64,000 nt of DNA from Myxococcota bacterium (GTDB lineage: Bacteria; Myxococcota; UBA727; JAHDBA01), in assembly GCA_020630615.1 (NCBI GenBank), contig JAHDBA010000003.1:10027-74026 (forward strand). Direction: 5' to 3'. Of the stretch, positions 19,131 to 28,549 are shown piece after piece (within the stretch, counting starts at the first letter, position 1; each line of letters starts with the position of its first letter). The notes under the pieces were generated by a model, which saw nothing but the letters and a program-made list of their open reading frames with translations, was not told the origin of the DNA and did no database searches. Position numbers and translations under genes: made by a program.

Positions 19131-20975
19131 CTAGAGGTTGGCCCGGTATCCAAAGAAGGTTTCCGACTGGGCAAGGGTCGTTCCCTCAACAGGGTCGTAG
19201 CCCCCGAAGGTCACAACCAGGTTGCTCGGGAGCCAAATCGAACCCACACCACTTAGCGCCTGCCGAGGTGGTGCCGATACATTCTGATTGCTATAAGAAC
19301 CATCGTTCTCTCTTCGGATAATCTCTGCACGAAGCCCGTTGATTGGGTCTGCAAGAGTCCCACCAAAAACTAAAAGGTCGTCCCCATAGAGGCGAACAAC
19401 ACGATGCCCGGCTCGAGCACTCACCAGCGAAATGGAAGTTAAATCCGAATCCGCAGGTGTTGTGATACCGTGAAAGCTAATATCTCCCGTTGGGACATCT
19501 CCACTACGGGGCTGAGAGGCGTTGCCAATATCATCGTATCCACCAATAATTGCGATAATCTCTGTTCGCCTTCCGTTTGCCCCCCGAGTAGCTCCACCAA
19601 TGGTTATTTGTTGGTGATGGATACGACCAGGAAAACTTAGGTCCGATGTTCTTTCTGCGTCTGCAGTCCGGCGCACCAAAGAGTTGGCCCCTGCCATCAT
19701 CCCAACAACTTCCAGGCCATCTCGCAGACCTCCCGCATTGACACCACCTGAGATAACAATCACGTCCCCAATAACTGACGCCGCGTGGTGACTTCGCGCA
19801 AGCGCAAGAGAGTCACCATCGCTCAGACCAACGATTTCACCTTGTAAAAGGCTTCCCTCTGCAAAACTCACATGGACACTTTCCAATACCGGAAAGCTAC
19901 CCGCAATACCAACACCGGCGCCTGTGGTTGGGTCCACACCATTGAAGGTTTCAACACCATCAATACTACAGCCCGGACCCGCGCAGCCACCCACGAGGAT
20001 GACTTCGTTTCGACCCGGGAGAACATGCGCACTATGCATCGCACGAGGGGCAGACAATGCAATATTCACCATCTCTGGGTCGTCGTCGAGAAGTGTTTCC
20101 ACTCGGATAGCCACACCGCTTTGCAAAGCTTGGAATCCTCCAGCATCTTCACTCAGAACTCCAAAACCGCCCGAGATGACGACAACCGCGTCTCCCTCCT
20201 GTGTCCGTGTTAAGGTTGCTTGATGAAATACACGAGAGTGAATCCCAAGTTCAGCACCAATAATTTCATAGGTACTGGACACAGGGTCAAAGAGAAGCCC
20301 TCGGTTGGTGGCGACCATGCATTTCACACGCATCCCGCTCGAACTCGAAAACTCCTTACAGCCAGCATCATCAGCATTCGCACCAGGGTTATCGACCCAC
20401 TCTGCCCCACCCATAATCAAGACTTTTTCGATCGACGGTAAATACGTCGTTGAATGTCCGAAGCGCGATAACAAGATGTCATCACCAGACTCGTTACGTG
20501 TCTCACCCAATCTCAAATCACTACACTCGCTTTCGCCCGAGCTGCTAACACGTCGGGTTGTTCTTTCGAAACCATTTGCACGACCAAGCGTCAACGTCAC
20601 TTCGCCGTCATGCAGACTCGCATCAAGTGGGCCCACCGCAGCAAGGGATGAAATGGAAGCAGAAGATTGAGGGCCGGAGAAACCCTCAAACGAAGCTACC
20701 ACCTTCTCATCGACATCAAAGCTAACTCCACTAAGTTCATCACTTGGACTAAAGGCACTGCCCTCAAGTCGTTCGCCAAGCTCTGCCAGATTCTCTTGAT
20801 GTTGATACCTGTGCAGGTTGAAGCGATACGAAGAGCTCGATGCACTCGAGGCTGCAGACGAGACACAAGGCTCCACGACATGCAAGTCGAGGTCAGCTCT
20901 CCTGCTGCACGCATTTGCACCTATTAAAATGAGAAGCATCAAGGCTTTTGTAAGTGTGTTCTCGAATGTGTTCAT
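19131..20975 (-). CDS. Kelch-repeat (galactose-oxidase-type beta-propeller) lipoprotein
   Basis: A lipoprotein signal LIGANAC. Kelch blades repeat the motif hydrophobic-x-GG with Gly/hydrophobic cores, for example VILVGG, VIVISGG and LLVFGG. A strong GAGGAGG ribosome-binding site lies upstream. Confidence 0.65.
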   Translation of the reverse strand: MNTFENTLTKALMLLILIGANACSRRADLDLHVVEPCVSSAASSASSSSYRFNLHRYQHQENLAELGERLEGSAFSPSDELSGVSFDVDEKVVASFEGFSGPQSSASISSLAAVGPLDASLHDGEVTLTLGRANGFERTTRRVSSSGESECSDLRLGETRNESGDDILLSRFGHSTTYLPSIEKVLIMGGAEWVDNPGANADDAGCKEFSSSSGMRVKCMVATNRGLLFDPVSSTYEIIGAELGIHSRVFHQATLTRTQEGDAVVVISGGFGVLSEDAGGFQALQSGVAIRVETLLDDDPEMVNIALSAPRAMHSAHVLPGRNEVILVGGCAGPGCSIDGVETFNGVDPTTGAGVGIAGSFPVLESVHVSFAEGSLLQGEIVGLSDGDSLALARSHHAASVIGDVIVISGGVNAGGLRDGLEVVGMMAGANSLVRRTADAERTSDLSFPGRIHHQQITIGGATRGANGRRTEIIAIIGGYDDIGNASQPRSGDVPTGDISFHGITTPADSDLTSISLVSARAGHRVVRLYGDDLLVFGGTLADPINGLRAEIIRRENDGSYSNQNVSAPPRQALSGVGSIWLPSNLVVTFGGYDPVEGTTLAQSETFFGYRANL

Positions 20976-21088
20976 AGGGAATCCTCCTCACATAAAATTA
21001 AAGTCGACAAGGGCTCAACCGCGAATGCTAAACACCCTGTCATTGGCGCAAGCGACTCCCTTTGAGCGCTTCCACGTTACCAGAGCAT

Positions 21089-22864
21089 CTAAGAACCCAG
21101 AAAGCTCCCAATAGCAACATCACCACCGGAGACCGATGCATTTTGATTGAGGTACCAAAGACCCACACCGGTACCTCCTCCAAGCACAACCACACCCGCA
21201 CCGACGCCAACCCAAGTCCATGGGTTCTTGTACCAAGGTCGCGTGACCTCGGATTCATCCGAAATAGATACTCGGGTTGATGGCGAATCGTCGCTCAAGC
21301 GTTTGGACTCTCGCGAGTCAAAGGTATCGCGCATCGAGGCACGCTGCTGCCCCGAGTTACCGGTCGAGAGTAATCTTCGACCACTCTCACTACTGCCTGT
21401 CTTGGGTTGTGGGCTGTCAAGAAGTCTTCGGCCAGACTCAGAGCGGTTAACGCTTTGCGCAGGTTTTGTTCTCGCACGAGAATCATCTACAACATCACCG
21501 CTAGGGTCAAAGGCTCCAGCCTTTGCTATGAGGGGTCCCTGAACGCGCTCAGGCCCTGTTGCCGTAGCTTTTTCACTCAATGATCTCGCACTTGGATGTA
21601 TCGGTGTGCCCGCATATGCGATAAAATCGCCTCCTTCAAGAGTTGAGGAGATTGCCGAGCGAAGCCTTTCGACTTCAATGGTCACATTTAAAAAGTCATT
21701 GTCCAATCGCAACGGCGGCAAAGACACGGTTTTACCGTCACCGACTCGCACTAAAACATAATGGACTTCGGTCATTCCAGCAGAGCGCGAGGCGAAACTG
21801 GCAAGTGCCGCCTGAGAACCTTTCGCCTTTGCTCCACCAACAAGCCATTGCAGCGTTTTTTTGTCGAGGCGATTCTCTAATATTGCCATTCCCGCCTTGG
21901 ATTCTTTGGGGCTTTCATCTTCAATACGAAGTTCTGCCTTTTCGTTCGCTGAAACCACTACCTTTTCAACTTTCAAGTCCCCCCCCTCGGGAAGAACTTG
22001 CACCCAGTGCTCACCTGACAAAAGTCCTTCAACAAGCTTCGATCCTTTTCCGTAACGCACTCCATCGACTCGAATCTCGGTCGTTTGCGGCGCGATGATT
22101 TCTAAAACCCCTAACGATTTATCCGCGGATAACGTATTCTGAACTTCGCGAAGTCGGTTCTCAAAAATAGGGGGTGATTGCTGGGGAATGAGCCCCCGCG
22201 TCGGGTCGATCGTCAGGGCATTGATCAACATCGCATCCGCCTCTGCTCGTCGATCTTCACGCATCAACAGTCTTGCCTTTGCGAGGAAAAAACGCACACG
22301 GGTATCCATGTTTAGTAGAGCGCGCTGATGTTCGACAAGAGACTTTTCCACGCGATCCAATACCAAGGCTGCGTTTCGAGTTGAATCATTCTTCAAATAA
22401 CTCTCTGCTCTCCCGATATCACGTAAGGCTTTCTCAAGTGCCTTTTTCGAAGACGAACTGATGCGTGTTCCTTTCTTTTTGGATTTTTCACCACGACCTG
22501 GTAACGCAATCATTGTGGTTTTCACCCCTGCCTGCTTCAAACCCTCGCGAATTTTAGCGTTGACTTTGCTGGTGTCCGCATCGCTTAAGTCAAAGGAAGC
22601 CACCTCAACGAGTGCAAGATTCAATTTGATCTCTAAAGCTTCGTCTTCTTCGTCCATCCCCACCAAAATATCGCTGTCGTCGTCTAAACTCGCTGCCATG
22701 TCTTGAGATGCAAGCGAGACACTGGTCGATGTGATTAATACGAAAGTGAGAACGCGAATCAATGAAGAGCTGATGGCCGACGCTATTGGACCTTCATGCT
22801 TTACGGAATATCCACTTTCAATACTTGTAGACCTTTTGACGATATTGTTTTTCAGAAAAAGCAC
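21089..22864 (-). CDS. Membrane-anchored protein with a PEGA-like domain and an internal ESGRRLL repeat
   Basis: An N-terminal signal/anchor and a PEGA-like segment EIRVDGVRYGKG...GEHWVQV. A C-terminal transmembrane helix WTWVGVGAGVVVLGGGTGVGLWYL. The GTG start is uncertain. Confidence 0.45.
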   Translation of the reverse strand: MLFLKNNIVKRSTSIESGYSVKHEGPIASAISSSLIRVLTFVLITSTSVSLASQDMAASLDDDSDILVGMDEEDEALEIKLNLALVEVASFDLSDADTSKVNAKIREGLKQAGVKTTMIALPGRGEKSKKKGTRISSSSKKALEKALRDIGRAESYLKNDSTRNAALVLDRVEKSLVEHQRALLNMDTRVRFFLAKARLLMREDRRAEADAMLINALTIDPTRGLIPQQSPPIFENRLREVQNTLSADKSLGVLEIIAPQTTEIRVDGVRYGKGSKLVEGLLSGEHWVQVLPEGGDLKVEKVVVSANEKAELRIEDESPKESKAGMAILENRLDKKTLQWLVGGAKAKGSQAALASFASRSAGMTEVHYVLVRVGDGKTVSLPPLRLDNDFLNVTIEVERLRSAISSTLEGGDFIAYAGTPIHPSARSLSEKATATGPERVQGPLIAKAGAFDPSGDVVDDSRARTKPAQSVNRSESGRRLLDSPQPKTGSSESGRRLLSTGNSGQQRASMRDTFDSRESKRLSDDSPSTRVSISDESEVTRPWYKNPWTWVGVGAGVVVLGGGTGVGLWYLNQNASVSGGDVAIGSFLGS

Positions 22865-22995
22865 ATCTACTCCTAAAATATATAGGGACGTTACATGCTT
22901 CTATAGAGCGTTCAAGTACCTCTGCGAGCCTTTATAGGCTCGGTGTTCCACCATATCTCCTTATCTTTTTCCCTCCGATCGATTAACCTCTTTGA

Positions 22996-24852
22996 GTGAG
23001 TCAACAACATCGCGAACCTCAATTGTTTCAGAATGTCAATGCGAGCCTACAAACGCGCATTCTGGCGTTCAGCACTTGCCTTTTGGCCTTTACAATCGTG
23101 CTCATCGTCATTTCGATGCTGCGTACAAAGAGTCGAGTACGAAGAGACACGTTTTTTAGGCGGACGAATAAAGTCTTAATCGATTTTGAAGCAGAGTCCG
23201 AACGGCTCCTATCCTCCAATTTTGACAGCATTGAGCCAAAAGCTGACTCGAATAAAAAAGAGTATCACTTGGCCAAAAAGCATTCTGAATATCTGCGTCG
23301 CCTTGAAAGTTGGTCGACTCAGAACATTCAAAAGCAAGGTGACAACCCAGCTCTTAACGCGTATCATAGCGCACTCGAAAAGTACTCGAAGACGTTATCA
23401 CAACTCTTAAACGTTCGCATTCGACCCGGCGATGCCTCCACACTCGAGCTTCAAGGTTATCGTAAGTCGCTTCGCACCAATCTCGGCCTCTTACGCTCGA
23501 AGCACAATTCTCTAAACGAATTCTATTTGACTCAGCCCCCAGTGCTCCGCGTTTTAGAGAAAGAAGTTCTTTGGATGTTCGTAGGACTGCTTTTTCTTTC
23601 CTTTGCTTGGTTCTGCCGAGGTTTCGTACAGCACAAAAAGCTCCTCTCGCCCGCGTCTTTAGAGAGACTTTCAACTCAACGAAGCCTTTACGATCAAGCG
23701 CCCCGTGAAACAGCGTCTTTCCTGACTCAAGTTCACGAGAAAGTCAGCAAGAACAAATCGGAACTCCAACACAAACTTGACGAGAATGAGAACTCCTTGG
23801 CACAAATTCGGAACTTTACGAATGATGTGCTTCGATCGATGCCTGTGGGCCTAATTGTTTTGGGAGAAAACGATCGAATCGTGCGCATCAATGCAGCTGC
23901 GAAGCAGTATTTCCCTGAGCTTTTGAAAGCAAAGGTTGGCGACACGCTAACAACCTTCCTTAATCCTGAGCTTCTACTACCCGTTGCAAGCAACGTGCCT
24001 CAAAACGAAGGCGGTGAGAGCAATAGCCCGAGCCATGTACGAGAATTCCACGGCCGCTTCTTTAACGTCCTTACGGAGAGACTACGAGAACGCGATGGAA
24101 CACGGGGGGATGACTCCCTGATACTTATACAAGATGTTAGTGAACGCGAGCGCACCAAAGATCGATTGGTCGTGAGTGAACGGATGGCCACAATGGGGCG
24201 GTTGGGCGCGCAAATCACACATGAAATACGAAACCCGCTTTCAAGTATTGGCCTTAACATCGACCTCTTGACTGACGACGTTTCGGAACTTCCAGTTGAA
24301 CGACGTGAAGAATGCCAGCATATTCTCAACGCCGTTCAAGAAGAGGTCTTGCGCTTATCAGAGATCACTGAGGGCTACCTTCGTCTCGCGCGCTTTCGTA
24401 ATACTGCCGAAGGAGATGATCGGATTGATCAACTTTTGGCTGACCTCTACGCCTTCATGCAGAGCGATGCGCGCTCCAAAGGTGTGCGTATCGAACTCCG
24501 GCTCCCGGCAGAGCTCCCACCGCGCCAGCACTCCAAGCAACGTCTTCGTCAGGCTGTGATGAACCTGGTTCGCAACGGAATCGAAGCAGCAGGTAAAGGT
24601 GGTAGCGTTGTTTTGTCGGCATCGCACCGTGACAAAACGATTGTTATTGGCGTGTCAGACACAGGTGCCGGGGTCCCCGAAGAACTCCAGGAGCGTATTT
24701 TTAAGCCTTTTTTTACAACAAAAGATTCTGGGACAGGGATTGGGCTGAGTCTGACGCAAGAGATTGTAAAAGAGCATGGAGGTCAAATGAAGTTGGCAAA
24801 TGCACCGATTGGTGGTGCGCTTTTCGAAATCACCCTCCCGCTTGCCGGCTGA
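22996..24852 (+). CDS. Sensor histidine kinase (two transmembrane helices plus a PAS-like domain)
   Basis: H-box HEIRNPLSSI, an N-box, and G-boxes DTGAGV and GTGIGLSL. Two N-terminal hydrophobic helices. A GTG start. Confidence 0.8.
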   Translation: MSQQHREPQLFQNVNASLQTRILAFSTCLLAFTIVLIVISMLRTKSRVRRDTFFRRTNKVLIDFEAESERLLSSNFDSIEPKADSNKKEYHLAKKHSEYLRRLESWSTQNIQKQGDNPALNAYHSALEKYSKTLSQLLNVRIRPGDASTLELQGYRKSLRTNLGLLRSKHNSLNEFYLTQPPVLRVLEKEVLWMFVGLLFLSFAWFCRGFVQHKKLLSPASLERLSTQRSLYDQAPRETASFLTQVHEKVSKNKSELQHKLDENENSLAQIRNFTNDVLRSMPVGLIVLGENDRIVRINAAAKQYFPELLKAKVGDTLTTFLNPELLLPVASNVPQNEGGESNSPSHVREFHGRFFNVLTERLRERDGTRGDDSLILIQDVSERERTKDRLVVSERMATMGRLGAQITHEIRNPLSSIGLNIDLLTDDVSELPVERREECQHILNAVQEEVLRLSEITEGYLRLARFRNTAEGDDRIDQLLADLYAFMQSDARSKGVRIELRLPAELPPRQHSKQRLRQAVMNLVRNGIEAAGKGGSVVLSASHRDKTIVIGVSDTGAGVPEELQERIFKPFFTTKDSGTGIGLSLTQEIVKEHGGQMKLANAPIGGALFEITLPLAG

Positions 24853-24937
24853 AGAAAGCCTGACAACCTTCTTGACCTATGAAGTACTATGACTAGACTA
24901 TAGTTCTTCGCGGGCAGAATCGCGAAGGGAGATGAAA

Positions 24938-25135
24938 ATGAAACCAAACATTCACCCTGAGTATTTAGAAGCAACTGTCAACTGTGCGTGTGGGCATACC
25001 TATATAACAAAAAGCACAAAAGGATCGTTCAATGTAGACATTTGTTCTGCTTGCCATCCTTTTTATACCGGAAAAGCCCGGATCGTAGACACCGAAGGCC
25101 GTGTCGAACGCTTTAAAAACAAATATAAAAGATAG
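24938..25135 (+). CDS. rpmE: 50S ribosomal protein L31
   Basis: MKPNIHPEY and a C-x-C...C-x2-C zinc ribbon. A GGGAG ribosome-binding site lies 6 nt upstream. Confidence 0.9.
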   Translation: MKPNIHPEYLEATVNCACGHTYITKSTKGSFNVDICSACHPFYTGKARIVDTEGRVERFKNKYKR

Positions 25136-25256
25136 TTTGATACATCTTTACGTACGCTCTTCCAAATGGAAGAACAAAGTTTCTCTCTTGAACGTTTTAG
25201 CTTTAGTCCCAATAAGGTTAAAATGGGTAGAGAGTTTCTTTTTTTTGGGGTAAACC

Positions 25257-26390
25257 ATGGGCATCTTTTCGAAACTACGTATCCTTCTTCCCCTTCTTTT
25301 AACGGCTCCTGTGATCGGCGGGCAAGCGGTTATTGAGGGCGTCATGATGCGTTCCCCAAATAGTTTAGCGATAGCGGTCCGAAGAAAAGACGGGCGTATT
25401 GTCATCCGTGAAGATCACTGGCTCTCATTCTCCGAGCGCTTACCATTCCTAAAATGGCCGATCTTGCGTGGGGCAACGATGCTGGTCGAAAGTATGTTTA
25501 ATGGGGTTCAGGCGTTAAACTTCTCTGCCTCGCAAGCAATGGAAGACGAAGAGAACCCGGACGAACCCAGTTCAAACACAACAGGGCATGGCACTGTGGG
25601 GACGTCTCCTGAAGATGATAAAAAGGGAAACTGGGCCCTTGGTGCAACGGTGGCTTTTTCTTTGGCTTTGTCATTTCTTATTTTTAAGGGTGTTCCTCAT
25701 CTTGCTACCATGTTCTTCGGGTTTAACCCTGCAAGCGGTAGTTTTCATTTGGTTGATGGCGCTATCAAACTTGCTTTTTTTGTCGGATATATCGTGCTGA
25801 TCTCAAGAATGGATGAGGTTAAACGTCTTTTTATGTATCATGGCGCTGAACATAAGTCAGTCCATACCTATGAAGGGAAAGAAGACCTTGTGGTCAAAAC
25901 GACTCTTCCGCAAAGCACTGCACACCCTCGCTGCGGCACAACACTGATTCTACTGGTCATCACGGTGAGCGTTTTTGTTTTTGCACTTTTCATTCCTTTT
26001 GTCCCGGTTGTGAGTTCAAATTCATGGCTACAAGGACTCTTCGCGCTCTTCGTGAAAATCCCCCTCATGTTTCCGGTAGCCGGTGTCGCGTATGAAGTCC
26101 AACGCTTCGCGGCCAAGAATCCCGATGCGTCTTGGGTCAACTTAATTGTGAGGCCAGGCATGTTAATGCAACGACTCACCACACGTGAGCCGGACCCAAA
26201 ACAAATTGAAGTTGCTCTTGCAGCTTTACGCCAGACCTTATGGCGAGAAATAGAAGTTCAAGACCCAAATAGAGGCGCTTCGAACCCCGCATTTGAGAAG
26301 GAACTTATGCGTGAGTACGCAAGCTTTGAGGACTTCGAGTTGTCCAACAACGTTCACTCCAGCATGTTGAACACAACCCCATCAATGTAG
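25257..26390 (+). CDS. DUF1385 (YqhQ-like) membrane protein
   Basis: The signature GGQAVIEGVMMR and multiple transmembrane helices. The position adjacent to rpmE matches other genomes. Confidence 0.75.
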   Translation: MGIFSKLRILLPLLLTAPVIGGQAVIEGVMMRSPNSLAIAVRRKDGRIVIREDHWLSFSERLPFLKWPILRGATMLVESMFNGVQALNFSASQAMEDEENPDEPSSNTTGHGTVGTSPEDDKKGNWALGATVAFSLALSFLIFKGVPHLATMFFGFNPASGSFHLVDGAIKLAFFVGYIVLISRMDEVKRLFMYHGAEHKSVHTYEGKEDLVVKTTLPQSTAHPRCGTTLILLVITVSVFVFALFIPFVPVVSSNSWLQGLFALFVKIPLMFPVAGVAYEVQRFAAKNPDASWVNLIVRPGMLMQRLTTREPDPKQIEVALAALRQTLWREIEVQDPNRGASNPAFEKELMREYASFEDFELSNNVHSSMLNTTPSM

Positions 26391-26502
26391 AGCGTTGGTT
26401 GACAGCTTTGACATAGTTTTAGAGTAAATCAAAGCGCGGGCACCCTCGACACAAAATCTCTTTTGGGGGGTCAAAAGATTGAACCATCGATAAACAAAAA
26501 AA

Positions 26503-26522
26503 GACGGGGCCATTGCCCCATC
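26503..26522 (-). terminator. Rho-independent terminator for the small Cys-rich lipoprotein gene
   Basis: On the minus strand a hairpin GGGGC-AATG-GCCCC is followed by TCTTTTTTTG. Confidence 0.45.
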
Positions 26523-26551
26523 TCCCTAACTTTATCTACACTATGCTTGGC

Positions 26552-26707
26552 CTATTTTTTTGCGTTACAGTCGCACTTATCACAGTTACCTTCGGCTTCA
26601 CATGTATCACCGCATTCACATGTTTTTGGCTTATCGTCACCGCCACACGCCAGTGTTGCTTGTGCACCACCCAACATAATCCCGCACGCAATAACAAAAC
26701 TTTTCAT
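26552..26707 (-). CDS. Small (51 aa) Cys-rich lipoprotein, not listed in the ORF track because it is under 60 aa
   Basis: Translation: MKSFVIACGIMLGGAQATLACGGDDKPKTCECGDTCEAEGNCDKCDCNAKK. A lipobox TLAC is present. A GAGGTG ribosome-binding site lies 5 nt upstream of the ATG. A GC hairpin plus T-run terminator lies about 30 nt downstream. Confidence 0.5.
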   Translation of the reverse strand: MKSFVIACGIMLGGAQATLACGGDDKPKTCECGDTCEAEGNCDKCDCNAKK

Positions 26708-26922
26708 TTTTCACCTCTTCTAAAACTATAGCCAGTCATTCAGAATATTGCCAACATCAATGATCTTTTTAGCGACGAAAATACCTCTCTCAGCAACTAC
26801 TCCCTTCAAAACTTTTCATTTTTCGCAATCTTGCGCAAAAATCACCCGAGAAAGATTTTTGGCGCATAATGATAAGCTAAACTGTTGACCAAGAACGCGA
26901 TTTCCTTTAACGTCCTTGTGGC

Positions 26923-27012
26923 GGAGACGTGGCAGAGCGGTTGAATGCATCGGTCTTGAAAACCGAAGTACCTTCACGGGTACCCAGGGTTCGAATCCCT
27001 GCGTCTCCTCCA
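26923..27012 (+). tRNA. tRNA-Ser (anticodon TGA)
   Basis: Acceptor stem GGAGACG pairs with CGTCTCC. The D-arm is GGCAGAGCGGTTGAATGC, the anticodon loop ctTGAaa gives TGA, there is a long variable arm, the T-arm is CAGGGTTCGAATCCCTG, and the molecule ends in CCA. A TTGACC-17-TAACGT promoter-like element lies upstream. Confidence 0.85.
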
Positions 27013-27076
27013 TTTAAGCTTATGAGTTCAGCCCGAGATTCGAACTTTTGAGTTAACCTTTAGAAAGGTGCTTTCG

Positions 27077-27775
27077 ATGAGTTTAGATATCGCTACTCCC
27101 GTAAAGTTTACGCTAATGTCGCTTCTGGTGTTCTCAGGATGTCAGGGCTGTGAACCACCCTCCGATGATGTCGAAAGTTATTGCGCACTTCTCGATGAAT
27201 GTGTCAATGGTCCTTCGACCGAAGAAGAGAATCTAGAGACCTCAGAGACAGGTGGTGCTTTAAACGTTGTTGAAAATGCTTGTGTTCAAGAGATGGATGA
27301 CAAACTGCAACTCTTAAGAGACAATGACGATTGTTTAGACATACGTCAATCTCTACTGACTCTGATCTCATGTGGCTCGAGTCGCGGTCGATGTCTCCGC
27401 GATGATGATGAGAAGGTTGCAGTCTTCGTTGGGCAACCCGTTGATGTCGACTTCCCGGTCGCCGAGTGCAACTCGGAACTTGTTCGCTATATTGAAGCGA
27501 TTTTCAGCGCTCCAGAAAATTGCCGAGACTTGGTTCTCGTTGAAGAGCTCGATGAAATGGCTACAGAGATTCCTGTGCATCCGAACTGGCAGTGTACGGA
27601 TTCATTTTATGCAGACGGAGCTCGCTGCGATTGCGGTTGTGGCGTCCAGGACCCCGATTGTGACAACACTACACCGTCAAGCTGCGACGTATTGCACTGC
27701 CCTGAGGGGCAGATTCTCGATTCCCAGTTTGCAGATATCTGTGTAGATGAAGCCGAGACTCCCCCACCCACATAA
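27077..27775 (+). CDS. Cys-rich, highly acidic lipoprotein
   Basis: A lipobox VFSGC and 20 cysteines. The C-terminal segment CDCGCGVQDPDCD resembles the myxo-type Cys repeat of the protease at 3368..5350. The ATG at 27077 has an AAAGGTG ribosome-binding site. Confidence 0.5.
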   Translation: MSLDIATPVKFTLMSLLVFSGCQGCEPPSDDVESYCALLDECVNGPSTEEENLETSETGGALNVVENACVQEMDDKLQLLRDNDDCLDIRQSLLTLISCGSSRGRCLRDDDEKVAVFVGQPVDVDFPVAECNSELVRYIEAIFSAPENCRDLVLVEELDEMATEIPVHPNWQCTDSFYADGARCDCGCGVQDPDCDNTTPSSCDVLHCPEGQILDSQFADICVDEAETPPPT

Positions 27776-27802
27776 CATTGGCCCCTTCTGCAAGTTAATC
27801 GC

Positions 27803-28372
27803 TTATCGAGAGGATTTACCGTTAAAAGTCCGTTGCACCTCTTCCAGAGTTCCGCGTATCAGCGCTTCGCTGGCATCGGCAGCAACATCGACAGCCTTTT
27901 TGATAGCAAGTGCTTCGTTCGGCTCGGGGGGAGACAGCACATAACTGGAAACCTGAGACTGATGCTCGGGGCGACCAACACCGAGACGTACCCGAAAGTA
28001 ATCTTTGCCTATTTTCTGACTGATGTCTCTTAAGCCATTGTGACCACCGTGACCTCCGCCTTCTTTCACTCGTATGCCCCCAGGCTTTAGGTCCAAATCA
28101 TCATGAACAACAATGATATTCGATGGTGATATTTTGTAAAAAGTCATTGCTGACAACACGGATTCGCCAGAGAGATTCATATAGGTTTGCGGTTTCAATA
28201 GTGCACAACGTTCACCACTCAACTCACAGGCAACCAACTTGCCTTTAAATTTGTTCTGCCAACTTTGGGCACTGGCCCGGCGGGCCAGTTCATCGATAAT
28301 ATGGAAGCCGACATTATGGCGAGTCGCTGCGTATTTATCGCCGGGGTTCCCTAAACCAACCAAAAGCCACAT
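27803..28372 (-). CDS. pth: Peptidyl-tRNA hydrolase
   Basis: LVGLGNPG, HNVGF and GGHNGL motifs. The start is set at the internal ATG giving MWLLVGLGNPG. Confidence 0.9.
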   Translation of the reverse strand: MWLLVGLGNPGDKYAATRHNVGFHIIDELARRASAQSWQNKFKGKLVACELSGERCALLKPQTYMNLSGESVLSAMTFYKISPSNIIVVHDDLDLKPGGIRVKEGGGHGGHNGLRDISQKIGKDYFRVRLGVGRPEHQSQVSSYVLSPPEPNEALAIKKAVDVAADASEALIRGTLEEVQRTFNGKSSR

Positions 28373-28500
28373 ACATCCACCATCACTATGTCTTAACCCG
28401 CCGTCCCGTCGTGCAACCATGTTTATAATTCTTTGTAACATTAGTGCAAAACTCCACGAGAGAATTTCTTCTGACGGAATCTGGTATGACGCAAAGATTC

Positions 28501-28530
28501 AAAAAAAGGCGCCCTAAAAGCGCCTTACTT
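28501..28530 (-). terminator. Intra-operon rho-independent terminator or attenuator between ctc and pth
   Basis: On the minus strand a hairpin AAGGCGC-TTTTAGG-GCGCCTT is followed by TTTTTTTG. Confidence 0.4.
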
Positions 28531-28549
28531 CTATGCCGCGTAAGTATTT

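Noticed and set aside
26463-26731. Two listed plus-strand ORFs (86 and 72 aa) rich in Cys and Thr.
   Set aside because: They are the antisense reading of the minus-strand small-lipoprotein gene, which has a proper RBS, signal peptide and terminator. The plus-strand ORFs have no RBS or terminator.
27013-27076. A tRNA-like fragment gagattcgaac downstream of tRNA-Ser, which could be an attachment-site duplicate of an integrated element.
   Set aside because: Only the ttcgaa core matches the tRNA 3' end, with no extended direct repeat of the tRNA 3' half. No integrase is nearby.
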